In this document: one piece after another, positions 1 through 10,012 of the stretch
How the letters are laid out: each line of letters begins with the position of its first letter
Position numbering within the stretch: the first letter of the stretch is position 1
NCBI GenBank assembly: GCA_963817895.1
Contig: CAWFQB010000002.1
Span: 448,001-512,000, forward strand
Origin: an uncultured Chthonomonadaceae bacterium
GTDB taxonomy: Bacteria > Armatimonadota > Chthonomonadetes > Chthonomonadales > Chthonomonadaceae
Reading direction: 5' to 3'
DNA: 64,000 nt
Made by a program: the position numbers and the translations under genes
Notes under the pieces: model-generated
What the model was told of the DNA's origin: nothing
The model's input: only the letters and a program-made list of their open reading frames with translations
Database searches by the model: none

Positions 1-551
1 CCATAAACGTTTTGCAGCAACAGTAGATGGCTGATGAAGTCCGAGGGGCGCACCGTCATGGCCGAGTCGAAGTGACTGCCGCCCGGAGTCCGAAAAACGA
101 CATAGATAAAAAACAGCGTGAACACCAGGGAAAAGTAGTAGGGCGGCAGAATACGCCGGAAGCGCCGCATAAAGAAACGCCGCACCCCACCTTTAAGCTG
201 TCCATTATTTTTCACCACCGGCAGCATCAGGCAAAAGCCGGAAATTACGATAAACACGCTCACTGACAGATGGCCGAATATCAACAGATAAGAGAGAAAA
301 CTGTATTGCGCGGGCGGAACCCCTCTGTCAACCCACAGTTCCAGATAAAAATGGTTGAATACGACGACCAGAGCAGCCAGGGCGCGCAACCCCTCCACAA
401 ATACAAGATAGGGCTTTCGATCCTCCTTGCGTTCTTCAGTTTTACGTTCTTCAGTTAACTGCGAAGCGGCATTTATAATGCTGCCGCTGCCATACGCGCC
501 TGCAATCTCCAGCGGGGGAGCCGTCAGCGCGCCACTTCCTGCTATTTCCAT
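1..551 (-). CDS. Acyltransferase family 3 (OafA/YrhL-like O-acyltransferase), runs off the window edge
   Basis: Manual translation from ATG 551 (GAGG upstream) gives ...YLVFVEGLRALAALVVVFNH...GHLSVSVFIVISGFCL...FFMRRFRRILPPYY, the classic AT3 motifs. Not in the ORF track. Confidence 0.85.
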   Translation of the reverse strand, partial: MEIAGSGALTAPPLEIAGAYGSGSIINAASQLTEERKTEERKEDRKPYLVFVEGLRALAALVVVFNHFYLELWVDRGVPPAQYSFLSYLLIFGHLSVSVFIVISGFCLMLPVVKNNGQLKGGVRRFFMRRFRRILPPYYFSLVFTLFFIYVVFRTPGGSHFDSAMTVRPSDFISHLLLLQNVY

Positions 552-574
552 GCGTCTGCCTCTATTTAGGTGTT

Positions 575-2155
575 TTAATCTATGTCCAGCAATATCCCAT
601 CCGCCTCAGTTTTAGAGGGCGGAACGGTGTTCAGTTGATCCTGAATGGATTTTACATTGGACAAGATACCGACGAGAAGCCCCAGAGCTACGGTCTGTCG
701 GCAAACCGTCAGCATCAGATCATATTTGCCGTAGATGTACAGCATGATAATGAACATAATGGGCAACAGGCCGACCGTCAGCAGTTCCGGGTCTTTTATC
801 TCCTTGAGGATATGTATGCCCTTGATGATGACAGCGGCCATCAGCATCCAGAAGCAGAAAAAGCCGAGATTTCCCGTTCGCATCCAGAGCCACAGAATGC
901 TGTTGTGAGGGATGTATTTCAGAAAATCCGTCGTCAATTCAACCAGGTAGATTGGCTGGTAAAAGGGCTGTCCAAAACCAATGCCGATCCACGGACTGGT
1001 ATCGCGGGTTGCCTTCAGGTCAAAGTTTTCCGCATAACGGTACGCATCTGAGGAAGCGTCGCGCGAGTTCGGCTCACTCTGAGACCGAATAGCGCGCGCG
1101 GGCAGCGCCCACGCGCCCTGTCCGTTCCAGGCGGCAGCGATGTACGGTACTCCGATAATGGCCAGAAGAACCGCCAGTTTCGCGATCTGCGCGCGGCGGG
1201 ATTTGACGATGGAGCCGAGAATTGGCATCAAGGGCAAAAACGCGATCATAAACGCGCCGATGCCCGCGCGGCGCTGATTGCCCAGCAACGCTATGGCTGT
1301 GGCGGGAACCGATAGCAGCGCCACCCATCTCAGCCGCGCCTCGGCGCGCGTGGCGACGGTCAGCAAGGCAATAAAAAGCGTCAGGTTCAAAACCAGACTC
1401 TGGTCGTGACTCATAAAACCTGCGGGTGTGACCTCTCCCGACGCGAAAAACCCTTCCAGCGCCAGCAATCCCTGAATGCCCAGGCTGACCGTTAATACCC
1501 ATAGCAGCGCTTTGACATGTTCTTTGGTGCGTATCAGGTTGACGGCCAGGATGTATACCAGCAGCATCTGCGCCTGCGCGCGCACCTCATACAGCGCGAT
1601 TGTGCTGTCGCCGTGTTTGAGGTTGCCGCGAACAAAGCCCATAAACACCACAAGCCCGTACAGCATAATGTTCCAGAAGAACACGCCCTTTTCAAAGCGT
1701 TCCTCGCGGCCCGTCACCATGCGGATGATCCACGCCAGAAAGGTGACGATCATGATGCCTTCCGCCGGACTGATAATCAGCATCTTAAAGGCGTAGGTAT
1801 TCGCGAACGCCTCCCCGATGGAACTGCCATTCAGCCAGAACGGAATATTTTCCGACAGCACATGCGCGGAGTGGTTGATTTGTATCCCCGGAAACATGGC
1901 GACGCCGATAAGCAGCAGATGTATTCCAACGCGCGGATTGCGCCATATCGCGACGGGAACCGCCATGCAGACCAGCATCACCAGCCCGGAACCAATGACG
2001 AACGTGGTTCTATCCTCGTTGGTGGATCGCATCACGGTCAGCATCACGCCGAACACCAGAGCGAGGATGAGAACCATAAAGCCCATCACCAGCCGGCGGC
2101 GATTGGTCTGCGCCTGTTTTAGATTTTGCAGGGAAGGAAATTGTGTATCCAGCAT
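575..2155 (-). CDS. O-antigen ligase/Wzy-like polysaccharide polymerase
   Basis: Multi-TM protein with GIGFG...PHNSILWLWMRTGNLG Wzy_C motif. Start set at MLDTQ because the longer ORF reads through a repeat element. Confidence 0.8.
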   Translation of the reverse strand: MLDTQFPSLQNLKQAQTNRRRLVMGFMVLILALVFGVMLTVMRSTNEDRTTFVIGSGLVMLVCMAVPVAIWRNPRVGIHLLLIGVAMFPGIQINHSAHVLSENIPFWLNGSSIGEAFANTYAFKMLIISPAEGIMIVTFLAWIIRMVTGREERFEKGVFFWNIMLYGLVVFMGFVRGNLKHGDSTIALYEVRAQAQMLLVYILAVNLIRTKEHVKALLWVLTVSLGIQGLLALEGFFASGEVTPAGFMSHDQSLVLNLTLFIALLTVATRAEARLRWVALLSVPATAIALLGNQRRAGIGAFMIAFLPLMPILGSIVKSRRAQIAKLAVLLAIIGVPYIAAAWNGQGAWALPARAIRSQSEPNSRDASSDAYRYAENFDLKATRDTSPWIGIGFGQPFYQPIYLVELTTDFLKYIPHNSILWLWMRTGNLGFFCFWMLMAAVIIKGIHILKEIKDPELLTVGLLPIMFIIMLYIYGKYDLMLTVCRQTVALGLLVGILSNVKSIQDQLNTVPPSKTEADGILLDID

Positions 2156-2172
2156 TAAAAATATCTCACAAT

Positions 2173-2265
2173 CGGTGTTCGGTGTTCGGCTAAAAACCCT
2201 CCGGACAGAAATTAGTTTTGCGCTTCTGTATCTTCCGAACACCGAATACCAAACACCGAACACCG
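2173..2265. repeat. Inverted-arm heptamer element, unit GGTGTTC/GAACACC
   Basis: cggtgttcggtgttcgg ... ccgaacaccgaataccaaacaccgaacaccg. Confidence 0.8.
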
Positions 2266-2273
2266 TATTCCCG

Positions 2274-2408
2274 TCAACCCTTGAGCCAGTTGAAAATGAT
2301 GATGGCGGCAACCAGAAGGCTGACGCCGGCCCAACCGCGCCAGGAGAGTTTCCGGGTCATCAGCCCGATGGCAACGAAAACATATAAAAGCTGATAGTCG
2401 AATTTCAT
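2274..2408 (-). CDS. Small (44 aa) membrane protein
   Basis: MKFDYQLLYVFVAIGLMTRKLSWRGWAGVSLLVAAIIIFNWLKG; its ATG overlaps the GH44 TGA stop (ATGA). Confidence 0.6.
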   Translation of the reverse strand: MKFDYQLLYVFVAIGLMTRKLSWRGWAGVSLLVAAIIIFNWLKG

Positions 2409-4045
2409 AACGATGACCTTGAAGGCAGCCGCAGCAGAGTCAGAGATTCCGCAGGCAGCAGCAGCCGCGCCGCGCCCTCCCGCGTAGTAGTATCGGGATA
2501 TTGTACGATACTTTTCAGGCTTGCGCCAGAGTAACTCCATATTTGGGCGCGGCGAGTCCCCGCAAGGCCGCGCATCCGTACCGCCACCTGCCTCGCTTTG
2601 CCTTTGTTAATTAGCATCAGGGTCTTGTCTCCCGTTTGCGCGTCATTTGCCGCGTAGCAGGAAACCACATCGGGCGCGTCCGAGCGGGCGGGCAGGGCAA
2701 TATTGCCCAGGCCGTTGCCTTTGCCGTCCGCGTTGCGGTACATTTTGAAAGCGAAAAAGGCGGGCGAACCGGGTGGCGGCGCGGTCCAGTAGCAGGCCAT
2801 GTCCACCTGTTCGCGCCCCAGTATGCCCAGAACTTCCCCCACTGCCAGCCCACCGTTTAACGTTGTTTCCGCGCCCCAGTTCCATTCGGTAAGCGCGAGG
2901 CGTGTGCCGGGATAATACTGTTGTATCCACTGATGCAGGCGCGGCAGCAATTGGACGGGCGCGTTAATCCACGACTCATCCGCGTACCCGGCATCCCATA
3001 ATCCCCGCGCGCTGCGCAGGCGCAGGGCGTTGGTTTCCGCGTCCGTCTTGCCCGCATACACGCCTGCCGCCTGCGGGTAAAAATGAACGTCCAGAACGTC
3101 CAGCGTCCGCCTGCCGGTTTGCCGGTCATGCCGCGCCGTCTGCTGCAAAAACCAGGGTATGAACGCCTGATTGCCATGCGCGCGACGGTCCGCATGGGCC
3201 GCGTAACTGTCCGTTCCCCGGTCGCGGGGGGAATAAAAATAGCCCGTCCATCCCCAGGACACTGGCCCGGTGATTTGCGCGGTCGGGTCTACGTCCTTCA
3301 CGGCGTCTGCCATATCCAAAAATTGCCGCAGCAACTCGTCGTAATCGGGCTGAACCGGGTGCATGTCGGTATGGGTGACATCCCACAAATCCGGCTCATT
3401 GTCCATCGCGTAGAAGCGGACGCCGCCTTCCGCCGCCCTTCCGAACGTTCGCTTCAAGCGCGCCAACCACTCATCCTGATACACCATCTCATCCTTGAGG
3501 TCGGGCGGATCGGCAAATGGGCGCGGCTTGCGCGGCAGGGAGCGGAGGGAAACCTGTGTTCTGTTTTCGGTCGGATCGTAGCCCGCAATGGCTTCCGAAC
3601 CCGGCGCTATGGGCACTCCCCCGGATGGCGGCACGTTCAGAGAAGCGTGGCGCGGGTCGCTGTCGCGAGCCACCCAGCCCATTGTGGGTATGGTCAGCAG
3701 AAACTCCGCTCCCTGCGTTCGCGCCGCGCGAATAGCATTATCCGCGCTGCCGGAGGGCGAATGGTTTGTGATGCCGTAGTTGCCGTTGGCGAACTTCCAG
3801 TCCCGCGCCGCGTTCCAGCTGTTGCCCTGTTCCCAGTTATAGCGCGTACTCGGATTGCCGCCCCAGCGCGCAAGCGGAACCTGCAATTGTCGAAAGTGTT
3901 CCGGCGCGGGCAACGCCATGCCGTAAATCAGCGGGCTGATCGGCCCAATCGGATGCGCCGTATCCACGACAATGCCGATTTCTTGAGCCTCCGTAATTTT
4001 CGCGGGAACGGGCGGTCTGCCCGCCACAACCGCCAGAACTCCCAA
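2405..4045 (-). CDS. Glycoside hydrolase family 44 (endoglucanase-like)
   Basis: RWGGNPSTRYNW, MDNEPDLWDVTH, DVLDVHFYP and LTEWNWG motifs; start uncertain. Confidence 0.8.
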   Translation of the reverse strand: MGVLAVVAGRPPVPAKITEAQEIGIVVDTAHPIGPISPLIYGMALPAPEHFRQLQVPLARWGGNPSTRYNWEQGNSWNAARDWKFANGNYGITNHSPSGSADNAIRAARTQGAEFLLTIPTMGWVARDSDPRHASLNVPPSGGVPIAPGSEAIAGYDPTENRTQVSLRSLPRKPRPFADPPDLKDEMVYQDEWLARLKRTFGRAAEGGVRFYAMDNEPDLWDVTHTDMHPVQPDYDELLRQFLDMADAVKDVDPTAQITGPVSWGWTGYFYSPRDRGTDSYAAHADRRAHGNQAFIPWFLQQTARHDRQTGRRTLDVLDVHFYPQAAGVYAGKTDAETNALRLRSARGLWDAGYADESWINAPVQLLPRLHQWIQQYYPGTRLALTEWNWGAETTLNGGLAVGEVLGILGREQVDMACYWTAPPPGSPAFFAFKMYRNADGKGNGLGNIALPARSDAPDVVSCYAANDAQTGDKTLMLINKGKARQVAVRMRGLAGTRRAQIWSYSGASLKSIVQYPDTTTREGAARLLLPAESLTLLRLPSRSSL

Positions 4046-4121
4046 CAGGCCACACGCCCCAATTATAGATTTTCGATTTTCGATTGCCGATTCCCCTGTT
4101 TAAGCTGCCGGGGTTGAGGGC

Positions 4122-5271
4122 TTATGTCAGCGCAGCGTCTTTGATGGCGGCAGAAGTGGAAACGGGCATGGAAATCGCTGCCAGCGCTTCCTCCACTGTG
4201 GAGTAAAAATTCAAAGCCTCATCGCCATGCGCGGCGCGAAGCGTCTGCAGCACCCGCGCGTTTGCCCCGGCCAGGCACACTTCACATCCGGTATGCGCGG
4301 CGCGGCGCGGCAGGTTGAGCAGCGCGCCGACAATGGCCGCGTCAATCCCGCTCACTGCCGTTAAATCCAGAACCAGATGCGCGGGCAAATTCAGGATGCG
4401 CTCACAGCGCGCGTTAAGTTCCGGCTGTTGCCCCGCGTCCAATTCACCCTGGGCGCACAGCACAATACTCTCTTCGGCGCGGGATTCCGTCCACAGCGCA
4501 GGCTTGCCCGTTTGTTTCGCGCGGCTCACGCGCCATTGAACAACAAAACGGCTTCCAAACTGCCCCACATCCCGCGTATACCGCTTCCATAACCGCTTCG
4601 GCTCCTGCGACAGACGGAATACCCATTCCAGTCCCGTTTTTTGCATCCACCGGGGCGCGCGCGTTATTTGCCCCGCAATGAAATCGAAGGTTCCCCCCAC
4701 GCCGATACAAACGGGGACATTTCGCAGCGCCTCGCGGTTGCGGTGTATCCACTTTTCCTGCTTGGGATTGCCAAAGGCAACCAGCAGGATGTCGGGGCGG
4801 GCATCTTCAATGTCGCGCAGCAGAGGCCCATTGTCCATGCTTTCCAGAGGCTGCGCAGGCGGGGAGACGCAACCCACGATTTGCAAATTGGGGTGCGTTC
4901 TCAGTAGATTCGCTTTTGCCTGCTGCGCCACTTCCGGCTTCGCGCCGAGCATGTAAATGCGATAACCTTTTTCCGCTGAAAGCGCGGCCAGCGCAGGCAC
5001 AATGTCCGCGCCTGTGACGCGCTCCGGCAGAGGCATGCCCAGGCGCGCGCGACGCCCATACCAGCGGCATACCATCCGGCATAACCAGATCGGAGTAGCG
5101 CAAAATGTGACGCAACTCCGCATCCGACTCCGCGTTGATGACAAAATCCGCGTTTGCCGTTGCCACCTGATGAAAGCTCTGTGCCCGGATGAACTCTTCC
5201 AGACGCGCCATCACGCCCGACATATCCAGAACATCCACGGGAGTATTGAGTATACAGACGAGTTGACGCAT
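4122..5271 (-). CDS. WecB/TagA/CpsF (WecG-like) glycosyltransferase fused to a C-terminal STAS domain; frameshift near 5045
   Basis: N-part VATANADF...VMPDGMPLVW (ORF 4807-5271) joins ERVTGAD, AFGNPKQEKW, GVGGTFDF, GLEWVFRL and STAS-like LVLDLTAVSGID (ORF 4122-5144). Confidence 0.85.
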
Positions 5272-5281
5272 TGTGAAATCC

Positions 5282-5402
5282 AGATACGAGATATGAGATA
5301 CGTGATACGAGTAGAAGAACTAACCAGATTGATCGCATCTGCCATACAGCGCGCCCATTCATCAGTGAGGCACTCGTATCTCGTATCTCATATCTCGTAT
5401 CT
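5282..5402. repeat. Inverted-arm heptamer element, unit GAGATAC/GTATCTC
   Basis: agatacgagatatgagatacgtgatacgag ... ctcgtatctcgtatctcatatctcgtatct. Confidence 0.85.
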
Positions 5403-6889
5403 ACTTACTTAACTCATGCCGCTCAGTGCGTTTCCATCCGCCGGCGGAACGGCTTGCCGCCATGACGACGTACACACTCAGTTTCCATACGATATAAAAG
5501 GGCGCCCGCAGCAGGGAAAATACGACGCGGGCGGGCATCCGGGCGATCCACATGCCCAACAAAAGATAACCGGCTTGCAGCAGTAGAACCAGACCCCATA
5601 AACTCGCCGCGAATAGAGCCACGCGCCAATGCAGAATTGCGCCTGCCAGCGCACACAAACCGCCAAGCAGCACGGGAACGGCAAACATTTCGGCGAACGG
5701 CGGCACGATCAATTCTATGGCGCGGTCACGCAGCAGGCGATTGCGGGTACGCAGACTTTCGCGCAGCAGGGCGGGAGCGACCGTAAACAACAGGCGATAG
5801 CGCCCGCCCTCCCACCGCTGACGCTGACTCGACGCCTGCGCGCCCGTCGTGGGCATTTGCGCCCACACGCAGGCTTCGGGCGTAAAGGCGATGCGATAAC
5901 CGACGCGGCACAGGCGCAGGGCGTATTCGATGTCTTCGGTAATGGACTCGCCGGACCAGGGGACGCGCTCGACTACTTCGCGCGCAAAGCACATGCCGTT
6001 CCCTTTAAGACCGTCTGAAAGGCGCAGGTGTTCCCGTCCCAGGGGCTTCACCACATGCGCCAGAGCCAGAGCGCAGCTCATCAGGCGCGTTCGCCAGCTT
6101 TCGTCCGTATTCAGCACGTCGTAACGCGCCTGTACCGCCCGATTGCCCGCGCTTAATTCGTTCGCGAACACGCGCAGCAGATTGGGGGACACGAACGTAT
6201 CGGCATCCAGAATCACCACAGCGTCGAATTGCCGGGCGCGTTCCCAGGCGGCCAAATTTTCAGCGTCGCCCTTTTCCTCTTCGGAAGTGGGAAGCAATCG
6301 CGTCGTTGGTTTTGGAACGGTTTCAGAATTCGTGTTTTGCCCTGCCGCCAATTGGGAATACGGTTGGAAGGCCGCGCCTGACTGCATCAGCCAGTTAAGA
6401 GTATCTTCCAGCGCGTAGCCTTTGCCGATACGTTCGGTGTCGAAGCGCTCTAACGCCAACGCGCCGGATTGCCGCGCGATGCGGGCGGTTGCATCCGTAC
6501 AGTTATCGGCGATAACCACAACCGAAACCGCGTCCTGCGGATAATCCAGATGGCGCAGGCCGTTCAGCGCCGCGCCGAGCAGCAGTTCCTCGTTGTGCGC
6601 CGGCAGCAAAATAACAAAGCGCGGTGTTGCGGAAACCGATTGGCCCGCCGCTTCGATCCCGGCGCATTTCTGTCCGCGTGACTGACGGTGAAGCCAGGTC
6701 GGGACGCGGCAACGTGACCACGCGCTGCCTGCCGGGAAGGGCATGAAGCAGCAGACGCCACAGATACAGCGCGCAGGCGGCGAAAAACAGCCAGGGCAGC
6801 GCTATCAGCGCGACAAAAACGATCTCTCCCGGCGAAGCGAAAGTACCCAAAATCTCGACCTCATCAACCGCTAAACGCTTGATACGCAA
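5401..6889 (-). CDS. GT2 glycosyltransferase (processive-type motifs); frameshift near 6755
   Basis: LPAHNEE, ADNCTD, GKGYAL, ILDAD, ITED and QRQRW motifs; N-terminal TM segment lies in another frame. Confidence 0.85.
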
Positions 6890-6918
6890 CGCTTAACGCC
6901 CGACTCGCAACTCTGGTG

Positions 6919-7647
6919 TCAGGAGAAGAACTTTTGCAGCAGCTTCGGCATGGCGGTTTCCGTGCCGTTGAGTACCACGCCCAACACGCGCTCGTTGCCG
7001 ATGGCTTCCATAGCCCGCTGCACGATTTCGCGGGGCGTCACGCCTGCCGCCACGACCATGACAATGCCATCCACGATGGAAGCCAGAACGCGCGTATCCG
7101 CGACGGGCAGGACCGGGGCCATATCCAGAACGATGAACTCGTTCATAATGCGCAACGCGCTCATCACTTCCTGTAGACGCGGGGAACGCGCCAGTCGGTA
7201 GGGATTGGCGGCGGCGCGGCCTGCGGGAACGATAGTAAAGTTGTCCAGTTCGGTCTTCTGAATTACATTGGTAAGGTCGTCTTCGCCGCCCTCCAGAATG
7301 TCCACCAGGCCGGAGCAGGGCGGCAGGTTCAGGCGGGTCTGCAAATCCCAGTTGCGCAGGTTGGCGTCCACCAGAGCCACGCGCTGCGCCGAGTTCTGGG
7401 CAATCGTGCCGGCGAGGTTCATGGCGACGGTTGTTTTGCCTTCGCCATATACCGCGCTGGTCACACCCACCACAAAGCAGCGGGAGGGGCTGGACGCGCG
7501 CTCCAGATCGGCATGCAGGCGCGCGTACTCTTCCGGGATCGCCAGAACGCCGGTCCCGTTTTGATTCCCGTTGGAGCCGTTCCCATTGGCGGAATGGCCC
7601 AGGCGGGACAGAGCGGATCCGCCCCGCGGTAAAGTCTCATTTGACAT
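6919..7647 (-). CDS. CpsD/CapB family BY-kinase (tyrosine kinase domain)
   Basis: VTSAVYGEGKTT Walker A, LVDANLR, VLDMAPVL, LGVVLN. Confidence 0.85.
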   Translation of the reverse strand: MSNETLPRGGSALSRLGHSANGNGSNGNQNGTGVLAIPEEYARLHADLERASSPSRCFVVGVTSAVYGEGKTTVAMNLAGTIAQNSAQRVALVDANLRNWDLQTRLNLPPCSGLVDILEGGEDDLTNVIQKTELDNFTIVPAGRAAANPYRLARSPRLQEVMSALRIMNEFIVLDMAPVLPVADTRVLASIVDGIVMVVAAGVTPREIVQRAMEAIGNERVLGVVLNGTETAMPKLLQKFFS

Positions 7648-7781
7648 ACTTCAATTCGTCCTTTTCAGATAACGCTTCCGCTTCCGGCGCTGCCCTCCGG
7701 CAGTGCGCAGGTTTATAAATCTGTCTGTGACGCGCCGCGCATGATAGCGTCGTCACCGCTCCGAGCGAAAGTCGGGAGAAC

Positions 7782-7877
7782 AGGTTGTTAGGTTGTTAGG
7801 TTGTTCGTTATTAAGTTTCCTGATGCGCGTATGTTCTTGCTAACCTAACAACCTAACAACTAACAACTAACAACCTA
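7782..7877. repeat. Inverted-arm element, unit AGGTTGTT/TAACAAC(C)
   Basis: aggttgttaggttgttaggttgtt ... taacctaacaacctaacaactaacaactaacaaccta; includes the stop codon of the minus-strand gene. Confidence 0.85.
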
Positions 7878-9369
7878 CCCCGATAGGCCGGGGCGATTGT
7901 TGTCGCCGCGCGCCAGTTGCTTGCGGGCGGCTTTCTTCGTGTGATCCATGCGCGGCAGGACGGCGAGGACGGGCTTACCCAGATATTTTTCCACTTCCGT
8001 CGGCGTGCGCAGCGAATGATCCATAGATTCCGACAGCAAGGAGAAACAGAACGCGATCAGCAGGCCGAGCAACGGGCCGGCAGCCAGCATCGTGGCGCCG
8101 CGCGAGCCGCCCTTTTCCGGTTCCGCTTCCGGGTCCAGAACCGTCTGCATCTCTTTGGCTTTCAGTTTCTCTTCGCGAATTTCGTTCAGGCGCGCGCCCT
8201 CCAGGTCGCCGCGCAGACTGGCATGAAGACCCGCGTACAGGCCCATATCCTCGGTCATGTACTTAAACTTCAGCGCTTCTTCCGGCGCGACGCGCGCTTT
8301 CACGTCTACGGCGTCCCGGGCGGCGAGTGAGGATTGCAGCGTGGATTGCAGGTTGGCAATCGCCAGGTCCTGATCTGTAAGCTGCGTTTTCAGAGATGTA
8401 TATTGCGGGTTGTTGTTGACGCGAATTTGAACCGCCGGACCTTTTTTAGGCGTGGCGGCGGCCTTCGACAGCTCCTCCACTTTAGCGATAGACTTGTCGT
8501 AGTCTTCCTGAGCCGCCTTTACAAGCGGGTGCATATCCGTGTGGTTCAGTTTCAGCGCGTTCAGCTTCTTTTCGGCGTCATCGCGCGCCTGCACCGCGTT
8601 GCCATATTCGGGGGACGCGCCCGGTCCCAGATAGGTATACTGATCGTCAATGGTCGGCTTGGTTGCCTGCAAAGCGGAAGCGATAAAGTTGCGCTGTTTT
8701 TGCGCGCCATCCAGTTGGCTTTGCAGCCGCTTCACTTCTCTGTCCTGCTGCACCCACTCCTGATTGGCGGTTTCGAAGCTTTGCGCCGGATCATGAAGCG
8801 TTTGCAGCTCATACGCTTTAACCTTCTTATCCAGATCGCGCTGCTTGTTGCGGTACTCGTCCACCAGATCGGACAGCAATTGTTTGCGCGTGGTCGTCAG
8901 GATAGTCTCCTGATCCAGAACGTTGCGGGCGTATTCGCTGTAGAACGCTTTGACAATGCGCCGCGCAGTCCTGATCTTCCCAGTGGCAGGTGATTTCCAG
9001 CAGGCTGCCGCCGTCGGAACTGTAGGAGAGCGCGCCGCTCACTTTTTTGCAGAACTCCGCGAACTCGAACTCGTTTTTGCCGGTTGCCAGCGGGCGCATG
9101 GCCTGCTTGATGAAGTTGGGGTTGCGCACCAGCGCGTTCAAAACATCGAGTTTGAACTTGATCGTGCCGCGCTCCGTATCCTCCTGCGCTCCCACCACCT
9201 GCGAACCGGTGAGGATGACCAGCATACGCGCATTGTAGGACTTGGCGCGAAACAGGTAGAACCCTGTGGTCGCGATGGAAGCGAGAATAATCGAGATGAT
9301 AAAGAGCCGTTTCGAACGGAACACCAATTCTACATAGTTGAACAGGGGCGAAGAGCCATATACGCGCAT
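7875..9369 (-). CDS. Polysaccharide co-polymerase / chain-length determinant (Wzz/Wzc-N, GumC-like); frameshift near 8960
   Basis: GGAGG RBS before ATG 9369; N-terminal TM, long coiled coil with YTD/HP-like NHTDMHPLV, C-terminal TM and DHSLRTPTEVEKYLGKPVLAVLP. Confidence 0.8.
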
Positions 9370-9572
9370 TCCAGTACCTCCAGCGACAAACAGCGCCAAA
9401 ACCGGCAGAGTGAAACCAGGTTGAAATCGAAATTGAAATCCGAGTCTGCGGCGCAAGTGGACGCGAAACATCGGGAGACTGCGATGAGGAGAAGAGGTTT
9501 GCAGCGAAGCGGACGTATGCGCGTAAAAGCGCATCACAAAAACAGTCCTGCGCAAGCCTGTAATTCTTATAT

Positions 9573-9588
9573 TGCAAGAATCGTGCCA
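9573..9588 (-). promoter_or_regulatory. Sigma-54 (-24/-12) promoter of the EPS operon
   Basis: Minus strand reads TGGCAC-GATTC-TTGCA, an exact match to TGGCAC-N5-TTGCA, about 200 nt upstream of the first operon gene. Confidence 0.75.
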
Positions 9589-10012
9589 ACTTGCGCGCCG
9601 CGCCTGACTCTTCTAAAAATTATTCCTCATTGAGTTTACCAGTAAATGTTCGGGATTGCGCATTTTCTTACTTTCGCCACTCCCTTCAGGCCCGTTCATC
9701 CCGCTGCCGCCCTGTTTCCGCGCGTTTCTCTCGCCTCCGTTTCCCGCGAAACCGAAAATTCAGGAAAAGAATACTCAGATTGAATGGCGCGAACGTCAGG
9801 TATTGTCGGATGAAAACGGAGACAGGTATAGAGTGGCGGCAAAGGAATCTCGCGTTCAGGAACCATCCTGCCGCGCTGCCCCGTAGAAACCCGTACAATG
9901 CGGCGGCAATTCACCGGGCGGAACAACCGTTGCGAAAATGTAAGAATCTGCGCGAACACCGCACACAATTAAGCAAGCGCATTTTGAGTTTTGGTGTCGC
10001 CAAAATCAGCGT

